Shown here one piece after another: positions 10,754-20,396 of a DNA stretch of 64,000 bases. Position numbers and translations under genes: made by a program. Position 1 is the first letter of the stretch; each line of letters starts with the position of its first letter. The stretch lies in the NCBI GenBank assembly GCA_049516595.1, contig JBEKSY010000015.1, positions 2,938 to 66,937 of the forward strand, in the 5' to 3' direction. The DNA is from Anaerolineales bacterium. Its GTDB lineage: Bacteria > Chloroflexota > Anaerolineae > Anaerolineales > RBG-16-64-43. Under the pieces are notes generated by a model. The model did no database searches and was not told the origin of the DNA. It worked only from the letters and a program-made list of their open reading frames with translations.

Positions 10754-11800
10754 TCAGCGCTGAACTCGCCCCGAGGCCTCGCCTCGCATCAGCCTTTTCA
10801 CCTCCTCCACCGAGATCCGATTGAAATCGCCCAGGATGGAGTGCTTCAAACAGGAGGACGCGCTGGCGAAATCAAGCGCCGCCTGATCACTCATCCCGGT
10901 TTGGTATCCATAGATTAGGCCTGCTGCGAAGGCGTCGCCGGACCCCACCCGGTCGACGATATCCGAGATTGCGTAGCGGGTGCTCAAGAGGAATTGGCTC
11001 CGGTTGTGGAGGCAACCTGACCAACCATTGCTGCTCGCGCTGTGGCTTTCGCGCAAGGTGATGGCTTGGCGCGTGAGGTTGGGAAAGCTCTCCAGGACTC
11101 TCTCGCATAAGCTTTGGTAGGCCGCGCGGTCAATTTCCCCTTGCTCGATGGCGCTGTCCGAAGCTCCCCCCTTCAGGGCGAGGCCGAGGGCTTTCTGGCA
11201 ATCTTCCTCATTCGCCAAGCCCAGATCAACATAGCGGACGATCTCCCTCATGACCTCGGGAGCCTGTTTCCCGTACTTCCACAGGTTCTTGCGATAGTTG
11301 TAGTCGCAGGACACGGTCAGCCCCCGTTGCTTCGCAGAGCGGACGGCTGCCAGCGACATCTCGGCGGTGTTTGCGCTCAGAGCCGGTGTGATCCCCGTTA
11401 GGTGGAACCACGAGGCGCCATCAAAAATGCGGTCCCACTCGAGGATCTCCGGGGAACTATCCATCAGCGAGGAGTGCGCCCGGTCGTAGATCACCTGGGA
11501 GGGGCGCTGATCCGCTCCTGCCTCAAGATAATAGATCCCCATTCGATCGCCGCGGCGAACGACGAGGGAAGTGTCGACCCCCATGCCTCTCAGAAACGTG
11601 AGGCAGGCATCTGCAATTGGGTTGGCGGGCAGTACGGTAACATACGCCACTTCCAAACCAAAGCACGCAAGCGAGACGGCCACATTGGCCTCGCCACCCC
11701 CAAAAGTGGCCTCAAAGCTCGGCGTTTGGAGTAGCCGCTCAAAGCCGGGGGACTTAAGCCGCAGCATGATCTCGCCGAAGGCAACCACCCGTCCGGTCAT
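10754..11800 (-). CDS. kdgK: 2-dehydro-3-deoxygluconokinase (PfkB family sugar kinase)
   Basis: [38 protein letters not shown] and [12 protein letters not shown] motifs. Start MTGR at 11800. Confidence 0.88.
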   Translation of the reverse strand: MTGRVVAFGEIMLRLKSPGFERLLQTPSFEATFGGGEANVAVSLACFGLEVAYVTVLPANPIADACLTFLRGMGVDTSLVVRRGDRMGIYYLEAGADQRPSQVIYDRAHSSLMDSSPEILEWDRIFDGASWFHLTGITPALSANTAEMSLAAVRSAKQRGLTVSCDYNYRKNLWKYGKQAPEVMREIVRYVDLGLANEEDCQKALGLALKGGASDSAIEQGEIDRAAYQSLCERVLESFPNLTRQAITLRESHSASSNGWSGCLHNRSQFLLSTRYAISDIVDRVGSGDAFAAGLIYGYQTGMSDQAALDFASASSCLKHSILGDFNRISVEEVKRLMRGEASGRVQR

Positions 11801-12402
11801 GCAATTCCTCCTCGGTTCTCTCGGTGCGATAGAAGAACTCTCACTCAGGTTGGGAAGTTCTTTGCTGCCCAGCAGGCCCGGGGCAACCTGCTCCTTGAGC
11901 CAACCCGAACCAAAAACGAGGGAAACGAGCATCGCGAATCATGTCTTCCAGTTCAGGATTCCCCGGAGGCCATGAACCTCGCTGTTCTCACGACCCATCA
12001 AGGAGGCTCACGCGCAGCAGATTCTTCATTGCCTCGCTTGGCCTTGGTTGGGATCCAATCTCGCCCGCAGGCCCATGCCTTCAGGCCGGGCTGGCACAAC
12101 CTTCGGCGTAAGGAAGGTCACCAGGATACCGTGTCTTGTCCTTCCCCAGATTGGTATTCTATCCCAAGTGTCCAACCACCCGGCGATACATCATCGTCTC
12201 CGTTCTCCACCGTCCCTTCCTAGCGGGGTTGGCCTCCGAGAGGCTGAGCTGCCCCGCAGGGTCTGGGGCGATGTTAGAATGCGCAGGATGTCCAGCAGTC
12301 GCCGGGGAGAATCCCACCCCACGAAAGCGGAAATTGCATACCGATCCGAAGGGCAATCGGGGACCTCCCGAGCCTCATAGAGGGCTAGCGAAATCTCCGC
12401 GA

Positions 12403-13089
12403 ATGAAAAGACGATACCGCAGTTCCGTGGTTGGAGTGTTTTCGGCCCTGCTCGGCGCGGGCGTGGTAGCCCTCCTGGCCCCCTGGTTCTATCTGCGGGT
12501 CAGAACCCAAGCGCGAATCTACCGCCTCGGGGAGACCATACCCTCGGCGCCCGTCGCGATCGTATTTGGGGCCGGGCTGCGACGGGATGGGACTCCCACT
12601 CAACTCCTTGCCGACCGGGTCGCCACAGCGGTCGATCTGTACCAGGAGGGCTTGGTCAGGAAAATCCTCCTCAGCGGCGACAATCGCACTCCGAGCCATA
12701 ACGAGCCCGAGTCAATGCGGCAGTACGCCCTCCACCTCGGTGTCCCCAGCGACGATCTGGTCCTCGACTTCGCGGGCAGCCGCTCTTACGACACGTGCTA
12801 CCGGGCCCGTTACGTCTTCGGAGTACAGCAGGCGATCCTCGTCACGCAGGACTTTCACCTGCCCCGCGTGATCTATACTTGCGAAGGGATGGGGATTCGG
12901 GCCTTGGGGGTTTCGGCCGATCGACGCCAATACCGGGCCCTTTCTTATCTGTTCTGGTCGGCGCGTGAGGTCCCCGCCTCGGCCGTGGCAGTTCTGGATG
13001 TGAATGTGTTCCGGCCTCAACCGGTCCTCGGCCCCTTCCAGCCCATTTTCCCGAGCCCGACCCAACTCTCATTGGGAGGACAAGCGTGA
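12403..13089 (+). CDS. SanA/YdcF (ElyC-like, DUF218) family protein
   Basis: N-terminal TM, then AIVFGAG, LADRVATAVDLY, LLSGDN...HNEPESM, GSRSYDTCYRA, VTQDFHLPR and AREVPA. Confidence 0.88.
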   Translation: MKRRYRSSVVGVFSALLGAGVVALLAPWFYLRVRTQARIYRLGETIPSAPVAIVFGAGLRRDGTPTQLLADRVATAVDLYQEGLVRKILLSGDNRTPSHNEPESMRQYALHLGVPSDDLVLDFAGSRSYDTCYRARYVFGVQQAILVTQDFHLPRVIYTCEGMGIRALGVSADRRQYRALSYLFWSAREVPASAVAVLDVNVFRPQPVLGPFQPIFPSPTQLSLGGQA

Positions 13090-13649
13090 CGCGAGAGGAA
13101 GCCCTAACCCTGGTTCGCGAGTTCGTCCAGAACGAGAACCTGGTCCGGCACATGCTGGCCGTGGAGGCGGCGATGCGCTTCTACGCCCGCCGGTGCGGGG
13201 AAGATGAGGAGCTATGGGGAGTGGTGGGACTCTTACATGACTTCGATTGGGAGATCCACCCAAACCTTGACCGCCACCCCCAGGACGGGGTTCCCATTCT
13301 GCGCGAAAGGGGGGTTCCCGAGACCATCATTCACTCAATCCAAAGCCATGCAGAGCACACCGGCGTGCCGCGCACAACACGTTTGGAACACACCCTGTTC
13401 GCGTGCGACGAGGTGACCGGGCTGGTCACCGCGGTAGCCCTCGTGCGGCCCTCTCGTTCCCTCTCCGACCTCACCGTTTCCTCGGTAAGAAAGAAATGGA
13501 AGGACCGCGCCTTCGCGGCAGGAGTCAATCGCTCCGACATTGAACGCGGCGCCCAAGAAATCGAGGTTGAACTGTGGGAGCATGTCGGGAACGTGATTGA
13601 GGCTATGCGTACCATTGCCTCGGAACTCGGGCTGGCGGGCTCAGTTTGA
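13086..13649 (+). CDS. HDIG/HD-domain metal-dependent phosphohydrolase
   Basis: RHMLAVEAAM, GLLHDFD, HP..G, LFACDEVTG. The GTG start overlaps the previous stop. Confidence 0.88.
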   Translation: MTREEALTLVREFVQNENLVRHMLAVEAAMRFYARRCGEDEELWGVVGLLHDFDWEIHPNLDRHPQDGVPILRERGVPETIIHSIQSHAEHTGVPRTTRLEHTLFACDEVTGLVTAVALVRPSRSLSDLTVSSVRKKWKDRAFAAGVNRSDIERGAQEIEVELWEHVGNVIEAMRTIASELGLAGSV

Positions 13650-14013
13650 GCCTGCGTCCACCAGTCACGTCCTCCCGAGCGACGCGGCTCGCGTTCCCTC
13701 GTTTCTGCGGGCGAGCTTGAGCAATTGGGTACCTCGCTGGCAAGCGATCGAAGGGACCGATGCGGGAGTTCGGGAGGCAACCTCTCCAAGCCGTGTCCCC
13801 GAAACCCTCGCGCGCCCAGCTACTCAGAAGACGGTCACGGAAATGGGCGCGCCGTGGTCCGCCCTTCTGGGTCCATTCCATCTCCGTTGGCATTGGACCG
13901 CCCTCGGCACTCTCTCAGGGTGCACACTGTTCCCCAGCTTCCTATACAATCACGGGGGTCCGGAAAAGGTAGGCTGACAAGACGTCCCGCGCCTCCTGCG
14001 GAGGGAAAACCAC

Positions 14014-14688
14014 ATGGCCATCTTGCTCCTGATCTCGGCCGTATTTGCTGTTATCGACTGGGTCGCGGTTGCCCGGGGCATGAACCGGCTCGAATACGTC
14101 GCCAAACCGGGCACGATTCTGTTTCTGCTCGCTTGGCTTCTGGCACGCGTCGGGCTCACGCCCTCCTTGGTTTGGTTCGAGTTTGCTCTGGTCTTCTCTC
14201 TCACAGGCGACATCTTGCTGATGCTCCCACACGAACGGTTCATGGGTGGCCTGATTTCCTTCCTGGTCGCGCATCTGTTCTACATTATTGGCTTCAACCA
14301 GGAGCCCTTTCCAGTCAACCTGCTCATTTTTCCCTTGGTCATCGTAGTGTTCCTCGCCGCCGCCTGGCTGTTCGTGCGGGTTCGGGCGGGCCTCATTCGA
14401 TCAGGCAGTCGGGGCCTCGTGACGCCGGTGTTCGCCTACAGCCTGGTGATCGCCGTGATGCTCCTGTCGGCCCTCGTCACGCTCAGCCGGATCGAGTGGC
14501 GGATTCTGCCCGCCTTGGTTGCGAGTGCGGGAGCGGCCTTGTTTTTTGCCTCGGACGGGCAACTTGCCTGGAATCGATTCGTCGGACCACTTCGCAATGC
14601 CAGGCTGCGAGTCATCCTCACCTACCACCTGGCCCAGTTCGGGATCATACTGGCCGCCTGCTGGCATTTCCTCGGCGCCCCACTCTGA
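14014..14688 (+). CDS. YhhN family (lysoplasmalogenase-like) membrane protein
   Basis: VAKP, FSLTGDILLM, FLVAHLFYI, FAYSLVI, LFFASDG and LTYHLAQ motifs. Confidence 0.9.
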   Translation: MAILLLISAVFAVIDWVAVARGMNRLEYVAKPGTILFLLAWLLARVGLTPSLVWFEFALVFSLTGDILLMLPHERFMGGLISFLVAHLFYIIGFNQEPFPVNLLIFPLVIVVFLAAAWLFVRVRAGLIRSGSRGLVTPVFAYSLVIAVMLLSALVTLSRIEWRILPALVASAGAALFFASDGQLAWNRFVGPLRNARLRVILTYHLAQFGIILAACWHFLGAPL

Positions 14689-14726
14689 GCAGTAACTGGA
14701 CCGGCAACCGGGTTAGAATGGCGAGC

Positions 14727-16373
14727 ATGGGTGAGCAGCCCACCAGAGTGGACCCGGAACGGCAGCGCTCTGCTCGGGAGTACGCCCGAATCCAGAGACG
14801 CTTCAGTTTCCTCGAATCTGGTTTGGGGTTGCTCTACCTCGTCCTCTGGGTCGTGAGCGGCCTCAGCCTGCGCACCCGCGAGCGGCTCTCCATGCTGCTC
14901 TCTGCCTCCCGCCTCATTCCAGGCTGGACCCTTACCGAGTGGCCGACGGTGGCCCTGCTCGTCCTGCTAGAGGCGGCCGTGATCGCCGCTCCCTGGTGGC
15001 TGGTCATACTGCCTTTGGACTTCTATGGCGGCTTCCAACTTCCCCACCGGTTTCAGATCTCCACCCAGACCTTTCCGGGCTGGATCACGGACCAACTGAA
15101 GGGGCTCGGGCTCTCCCTCCTGTTCGGGGTTCCGCTTCTCCTGGTCCTAAATCTCTTCCTGCGGACCTTCCCTGACGTGTGGTGGCTTTGGGCCGGTCTC
15201 GGCTACATCTTGCTCACTCTGGGTCTGACCCTCCTCGCCCCCATCCTGCTCCTGCCGATCTTCTATCGCGTCCGACCGCTGGGGGAGGAATGGAAGGATC
15301 TGAGCGATCGCCTGTTGCATCTGGCTAACTCTGCCGGGAAGCGGGTTCGCGCAGTTTACGTCTTCGACTTGAGTCGCCGCACCAAGGCCGCCAATGCCGC
15401 TCTCACCGGCTTGGCTGGCACGCGCCGGATTCTGCTCAGCGATACCCTTCTCGCAACCTTCACGCCGGACGAGATCGAAACCGTCCTGGCCCACGAGTTG
15501 GGCCATCAAGTTCATAACGACATCCCCCTTCAGATTCTCAGCCAGAGCGTGGTCATTCTCGGATCGTTCTATGTGGGCCATCTGGCCCTGAGTTGGAGCG
15601 CCCAAGCCTTTGGTTACCAGGCCGTATGGGACCCTGCGGCGTTGCCAGCGCTGGCGATTAGTCTTGTTGTGATTGGCCTGCTGCTTCTTCCTCTGCTCAA
15701 CAGCCTCTCCCGATGGCGGGAGGGCATGGCGGACAGCTATGCCCTGGAGGCAACGGACAAGCCGGCGGCCTTCGCGAGTGCAATGAGCCGGCTGGCGAAT
15801 CAGAATCTGGCGGAGGTGGATCCTGCCCCCTGGGTAGTCGCTATCTTCCACGGTCATCCGCCCCTGGCCGCGAGATTGGAAAAGGCCAGGCGCTACGCCG
15901 GTCGAGGAGGCTGCCATCAGATCCTGCCGCCGCAGGCCTCGGCGGGGCTACGGCTCTTCAATGAAAGAAGGTTCTTCGAGGCCCACGAGGAGCTCGAACT
16001 GGCTTGGCGGGCGGAACCCACGCCAGCAAGGAATCTCTACCACGGCATCCTGCAACTCGGGCTGGCTTGGTACCAGGTATCGCGCCTCAATTATCGCGGG
16101 GCGGTGAACATGCTTGACCGAGCCGAGTTCTGGCTGACGGCACTGCCGGCCGCCTGCCAGGGGATCGATGTCGATCTGATCCGTGCCCAAGTGCGCAAGC
16201 TGCGATCGGAGGTGGAGAACCTAGGGCCGAGTCGAATTGGCCAGGTGAACCCGAACCTCTTCTCCCCAATCCCAATCCCGAAGGAGGCCAATCCGGAGGG
16301 AGAAGCCGGAGCTGCCACGCCCATCGGACCCGACGACCCCATCCTAGCCAGTGAAGGAGGAAAAGGTGATTGA
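14727..16373 (+). CDS. M48 (Ste24-like) membrane metallopeptidase fused to a C-terminal DUF309 domain
   Basis: LSRRTKAANAALTG, HELGH zinc motif, SRWREGMADSYA, HPPLAARL. It continues in frame into GLRLFNERRFFEAHEELELAW...GILQLGLAWYQ (DUF309). Probable start at 14727 (or 14718); the ORF-track start at 13725 is an artefact. Confidence 0.85.
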   Translation: MGEQPTRVDPERQRSAREYARIQRRFSFLESGLGLLYLVLWVVSGLSLRTRERLSMLLSASRLIPGWTLTEWPTVALLVLLEAAVIAAPWWLVILPLDFYGGFQLPHRFQISTQTFPGWITDQLKGLGLSLLFGVPLLLVLNLFLRTFPDVWWLWAGLGYILLTLGLTLLAPILLLPIFYRVRPLGEEWKDLSDRLLHLANSAGKRVRAVYVFDLSRRTKAANAALTGLAGTRRILLSDTLLATFTPDEIETVLAHELGHQVHNDIPLQILSQSVVILGSFYVGHLALSWSAQAFGYQAVWDPAALPALAISLVVIGLLLLPLLNSLSRWREGMADSYALEATDKPAAFASAMSRLANQNLAEVDPAPWVVAIFHGHPPLAARLEKARRYAGRGGCHQILPPQASAGLRLFNERRFFEAHEELELAWRAEPTPARNLYHGILQLGLAWYQVSRLNYRGAVNMLDRAEFWLTALPAACQGIDVDLIRAQVRKLRSEVENLGPSRIGQVNPNLFSPIPIPKEANPEGEAGAATPIGPDDPILASEGGKGD

Positions 16374-17145
16374 AGGCAAAGTGGCCGTGGTCACGGGAGG
16401 CGGTCGTGGGATCGGCCGCGCGATCGCGCTTCGGCTGGCCGGAGAGGGGGTGCACATTGCCGTCAACTTCTTCCGCAACCGAGCCGCGGCGGAGGAGACA
16501 GCGGCGGAGATCCAGGCCCTGGGCCGTCGGGCCGAAGTGATCCGAGCCGATGTGGGGCAGATGGACGGGATTGAAAAGCTCTTCCTAGAGGTTATCGACT
16601 CGTTCGGCGGCCTCGACATTCTTGTTTGCAATGCGGCCTCGGGCTACAACCGCCCTGTGCTCCAGCAGAGGGTCAAGGGCTGGGACTGGACGATGAATAT
16701 AAATGCACGCTCGGTGCTCTTTTGTGCACAACGGGCCGCTCCTTTGATGAAAGCACGCGGGGGCGGAAGCATTGTGAGCATCTCCTCCCCGGGCTCTGGC
16801 CGGGTGATGCCCGAATACGTGCTGGTGGGCTCTTCCAAGGCTGCGGTTGAGGCGATCACCCGCTACCTGGCCGTTGAACTCGCGCCCTTGGGTATCGTTG
16901 TCAACGCCGTGTCGCCGGGGATCGTCGACACCGATGCGCTGAGCCACTTCGAGGTGCTCCACGGGTTGGACTGGCGGGTCGAAGCCAGGAAGCAGGTTCC
17001 CGCAGGGCGTCTGGTGACTGCCGAGGACGTTGCGGGCGTCGTGGCGTTCCTCTGTTCGCCCGCTGCGCAGATGATCCGGGGGCAGACCATCCTTGTGGAC
17101 GGGGGCCATACTCTTCCCCTAGGAGGGTTGACGCCTGTCTCGTAG
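16351..17145 (+). CDS. fabL: Enoyl-ACP reductase FabL-type SDR
   Basis: TGGGRGIG, NAASGYNRP, WDWTMNINARS, and the Y-x6-K catalytic spacing YVLVGSSK typical of FabL. Confidence 0.82.
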   Translation: MKEEKVIEGKVAVVTGGGRGIGRAIALRLAGEGVHIAVNFFRNRAAAEETAAEIQALGRRAEVIRADVGQMDGIEKLFLEVIDSFGGLDILVCNAASGYNRPVLQQRVKGWDWTMNINARSVLFCAQRAAPLMKARGGGSIVSISSPGSGRVMPEYVLVGSSKAAVEAITRYLAVELAPLGIVVNAVSPGIVDTDALSHFEVLHGLDWRVEARKQVPAGRLVTAEDVAGVVAFLCSPAAQMIRGQTILVDGGHTLPLGGLTPVS

Positions 17146-17222
17146 GGGAGGCCTCTTGGCGGGGTTTTGTCCCGCGAGGGGATCCGAGGCCAATGGCCCC
17201 GTCAGGTATTTGCGAGGTCCGA

Positions 17223-18590
17223 GTGAACCAAGCTCAAGAACAGCGCGCCGACGACTACATTCTCAGCCATTGCGAAGAGGCCGTGGCCGAACTGTCTCGA
17301 CTCTGCGCACAGCCGAGCATCTCGGCTCAGGGGGTGGGGATTCGCGAATGCGCAGAGCTGGTGGCGGGGATGCTCCGCAAACGAGAGTTCTCCGTCGAAG
17401 TCGACCAGACCGCCGGGAATCCCATCATCTACGCCGAAGCCAAAGGACGTTCAGCGCAAACCCTGCTCATGTATAACCACTACGACGTGCAGCCCCCTGA
17501 GCCGCTGGAGCAATGGATCAGTCCGCCGTTCGCGCCGTCTCTGCGGGAGGGGAAGTTGTATGCGCGCGGAGCCAGTGACGACAAGGGCCACATCATCTGC
17601 CGCCTTGCGGCGATTGATGCGGTGCGCTTCGCCCTGGGTGAGCTGCCCTGCACCCTCAAGTTCGTGATTGAAGGAGAAGAGGAGGTCAGCAGCCCCCACC
17701 TCCCGGATTTCGTTCGCGGGAATCCCGATCGGCTCCGAGCCGATGCCTGTCTGTGGGAATTCGGAGGGGTTGATTTCGACGGGGTGCCACTTCAAGAGCT
17801 GGGCATGCGCGGGATCTGCTACGTGGAACTCATCGTAGAAACCGGGACTTCTGATGCTCACTCAGGTCTCGGAGGCTCGATTTTCCCCAATGCCGCTTGG
17901 CGGCTGGCTTGGGCGCTGGCTGCACTCAAGGGGCCTGATGAACATATCCGTATCCCCGGTTTCTACGATGAAGTCCTTCCTCCCTCCCCGCGGGATCTGG
18001 AACTGCTGTCCAAGATCCCGGACCCGTCACAAACCTTCCGCCAGACTTACGGCCTGAGAGGTTTCCTCAAGGACTTGACCGGGGGTCTCCAACTGCAGCG
18101 CGAGGCCGTCTTTGCCCCAACCTGCACGATCTGTGGGCTGACCTCCGGCTACCAGGGGCCTGGCTCAAAAACGGTGCTCCCCGCCCGGGCGAGTGCCAAA
18201 GTCGATTTCCGACTGGTACCCAACCAGCGGCCGGAGGACATCCTTCAGAAGCTGCGCCGACACCTTGCTACCGAGGGTTTTGCCGACGTCGAAGTCAACT
18301 ACCTGGGTAGCGAGCCTCCTGGGCGCACGGATCCCGATCACCCCTTCGTCCGTTTGGTGGCCGAGGCCGCTCGGGATGTCTACGGGGTCCCTCAACGCGT
18401 GCTGCCCATGATCGGGGGGTCGGGGCCGAATCATGTGTTCCTCGACGTACTCAAGGTTCCGATCGCCACGGTGGGCGTGGGTTACCCGGGTGGTCGAGGG
18501 CACGCGCCCAATGAGCATGTGGTTATCAAAAACTTGGTCAATGGAATTCGTCACACGGCCAGAGTCATCATGCGACTGACCGAACTTTAG
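17223..18590 (+). CDS. M20 family metallopeptidase (ArgE/DapE-like dipeptidase)
   Basis: YNHYDVQP, ARGASDDKG, IEGEEE, DAHSG and HAPNE. The start may be GTG 17223 or ATG 17193. Confidence 0.92.
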   Translation: MNQAQEQRADDYILSHCEEAVAELSRLCAQPSISAQGVGIRECAELVAGMLRKREFSVEVDQTAGNPIIYAEAKGRSAQTLLMYNHYDVQPPEPLEQWISPPFAPSLREGKLYARGASDDKGHIICRLAAIDAVRFALGELPCTLKFVIEGEEEVSSPHLPDFVRGNPDRLRADACLWEFGGVDFDGVPLQELGMRGICYVELIVETGTSDAHSGLGGSIFPNAAWRLAWALAALKGPDEHIRIPGFYDEVLPPSPRDLELLSKIPDPSQTFRQTYGLRGFLKDLTGGLQLQREAVFAPTCTICGLTSGYQGPGSKTVLPARASAKVDFRLVPNQRPEDILQKLRRHLATEGFADVEVNYLGSEPPGRTDPDHPFVRLVAEAARDVYGVPQRVLPMIGGSGPNHVFLDVLKVPIATVGVGYPGGRGHAPNEHVVIKNLVNGIRHTARVIMRLTEL

Positions 18591-18684
18591 GTCCTCGCCT
18601 TTTCACTAACGCGGCCGTCAACCAAGACCGAGGCCCTTCTTCGTCTGGCGAGAGCCTCGACCTCCGAAAGCGAGCCCTTCCGAC

Positions 18685-19464
18685 ATGGTCGACTACTTGC
18701 ACTCCCCGCTTACCGTGGTGCTGCCGACATACAACGAGGCGGACAACCTGCCGGAGGTCGTCAGAATCTTACGAAACCTCCGCCTCTCCGACCTTCACCT
18801 CATCATCGTTGACGACGGCTCGCCGGACGGCACGGGCCAAGTCGCGGACTCCCTCGTCAGGGAGATGCCCGGACGGTTCAAGGTCGTCCATCGCACCGGC
18901 AAGCTCGGACTGGGCACCGCGTACCTAGCGGGATTCCATCTGGCGCTGCAGGAGCGCACTCCCGCCGTTGTCCAGATGGATGCGGATCTCTCGCATTCGC
19001 CCGGTGATCTCCCGCGTCTTCTCGAACGCCTCGCAGAATGCGATGTTGCCGTCGGCTCGAGGTATGTTCCCGGGGGGAGGCTCGATCTCCGCTGGGGACG
19101 GGGTCGGCGCCTGCTCTCCTGGTGGGGGAATTTCTACTCGCGTTCCGTCCTTGGCCTAGGGCTTCACGATGTCACGGCAGGCTTTAAGGCCTGGAGGCGA
19201 GAAACCCTCTTGGGAATTGGCTTGGGGCGCATCCACTCGAACGGCTACATTTTTCAGGTGGAGATGGCCTATGTCGCCCAAAAGCTGGGGTATCGGGCTT
19301 GCGAGGTGCCGATCTACTTCGAAGACCGCACGGTCGGCCGCTCCAAGATGGACACGCAAGTGAAGCTCGAGGCAGCCTGGCGCGTCTGGCAGGTCCGGTG
19401 GCTTCATCGCCGCCTGACGCCAGAGGACCGCTCGCGAGAATCTGAAACGCGGATGCCCGTCTGA
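18685..19464 (+). CDS. Polyprenol monophosphomannose synthase (GT2)
   Basis: VVLPTYNEADNL, VDDGSPDGT, GLGTAY, QMDADLSH, VGSRYVPGG and FQVEM. Confidence 0.9.
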   Translation: MVDYLHSPLTVVLPTYNEADNLPEVVRILRNLRLSDLHLIIVDDGSPDGTGQVADSLVREMPGRFKVVHRTGKLGLGTAYLAGFHLALQERTPAVVQMDADLSHSPGDLPRLLERLAECDVAVGSRYVPGGRLDLRWGRGRRLLSWWGNFYSRSVLGLGLHDVTAGFKAWRRETLLGIGLGRIHSNGYIFQVEMAYVAQKLGYRACEVPIYFEDRTVGRSKMDTQVKLEAAWRVWQVRWLHRRLTPEDRSRESETRMPV

Positions 19465-19505
19465 GGCAGGGAAGGGCACCCTGGGGCGGAGGGAGCCAGG
19501 CTCCT

Positions 19506-20396
19506 CTAGGCAGATCGATTCGCCCAGCTCTCCTCGGTCAAGAGCCGGGGCAGGGCGGCGCCCAGGTTTTTCCATTCCTCCAGGCTCAGGGTTTCCGCCC
19601 GGCGGGCGGGATCGACGCCCATCAATCTTAACCATTCTCGGACCCTTCGGTCCTCGACAGCCAAGCCCGCGCTGAGCGAATTGTGAAGTTGTTTGCGACG
19701 CTGCGAAAAGCCTGCCCTGGCCACACGAAAAAAGGCCCTGTTCCCGGAAGGTTCCAGCCCGGCATCAGGATCCAGGTCGACGCGCACCACTGCCGAGTCA
19801 ACTTTGGGCGCGGGGAAAAAACACTCCGCCGGAATCCGGAAGGCAATCCGGGGCTGCCCGTAGTATTGGACGCTGAGCGAGAGCAAGCTCATTTGGCCCG
19901 GACTGGCGCAGATGCGCTCGGCCACCTCCTCCTGAACAGTCAAGATCATCCGCTCAGGCCGGCGAGGCGCCTCGAGTAGATGGCGGATCGCGGCCGAAGT
20001 GATGTAATACGGCAGATTGGCGATGACCAGGTAGGGCGCCGCCGCAAACGGCGCGGTTAGGGCAGCAGGATCCAGCTCCAGAATGTCCCCCTCGACCAGG
20101 AGGACATTCTTGTCGGGTTCCACCACCCCGCGTAGTACCGCAAGAAGCGCGGCATCAATCTCAACCGCAATGACCTGACCCGCTTGGCGAGCCAAGTGCC
20201 GGGTCAGGCTCCCCAGGCCAGCGCCAATCTCAAGCACCACGTCCCCTAACTGAACGTCCGCAGAATCAACAATTCGCGCCAGCATCTTTTCGTCAATCAG
20301 GAAGTTCTGTCCCAGCGACCTGCGGGCCGGGATCCCTGCCTGCCGAAGCAGATGGACCACGTCAAGCGGCGTAAGGTCAGGAGTTGAAGAGGTCAT
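19506..20396 (-). CDS. rsmA: 16S rRNA m6,6A dimethyltransferase RsmA/KsgA
   Basis: LGQNFL, EIGAGLG, ANLPYYIT, QEEVAERI, PAPKVDS and RAETLS. Confidence 0.97.
   Translation of the reverse strand: MTSSTPDLTPLDVVHLLRQAGIPARRSLGQNFLIDEKMLARIVDSADVQLGDVVLEIGAGLGSLTRHLARQAGQVIAVEIDAALLAVLRGVVEPDKNVLLVEGDILELDPAALTAPFAAAPYLVIANLPYYITSAAIRHLLEAPRRPERMILTVQEEVAERICASPGQMSLLSLSVQYYGQPRIAFRIPAECFFPAPKVDSAVVRVDLDPDAGLEPSGNRAFFRVARAGFSQRRKQLHNSLSAGLAVEDRRVREWLRLMGVDPARRAETLSLEEWKNLGAALPRLLTEESWANRSA

Noticed and set aside
11801-12402. Possible small gene between kdgK and sanA
   Set aside because: The frames I translated by hand gave only short products with no SD support or recognisable motifs. It is more likely divergent promoter DNA.
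13725-14726. N-terminal 330 aa of the 882-aa ORF
   Set aside because: It overlaps the YhhN gene in another frame and has low-complexity, Arg/Pro-rich composition. The M48 homology begins at about 14727.
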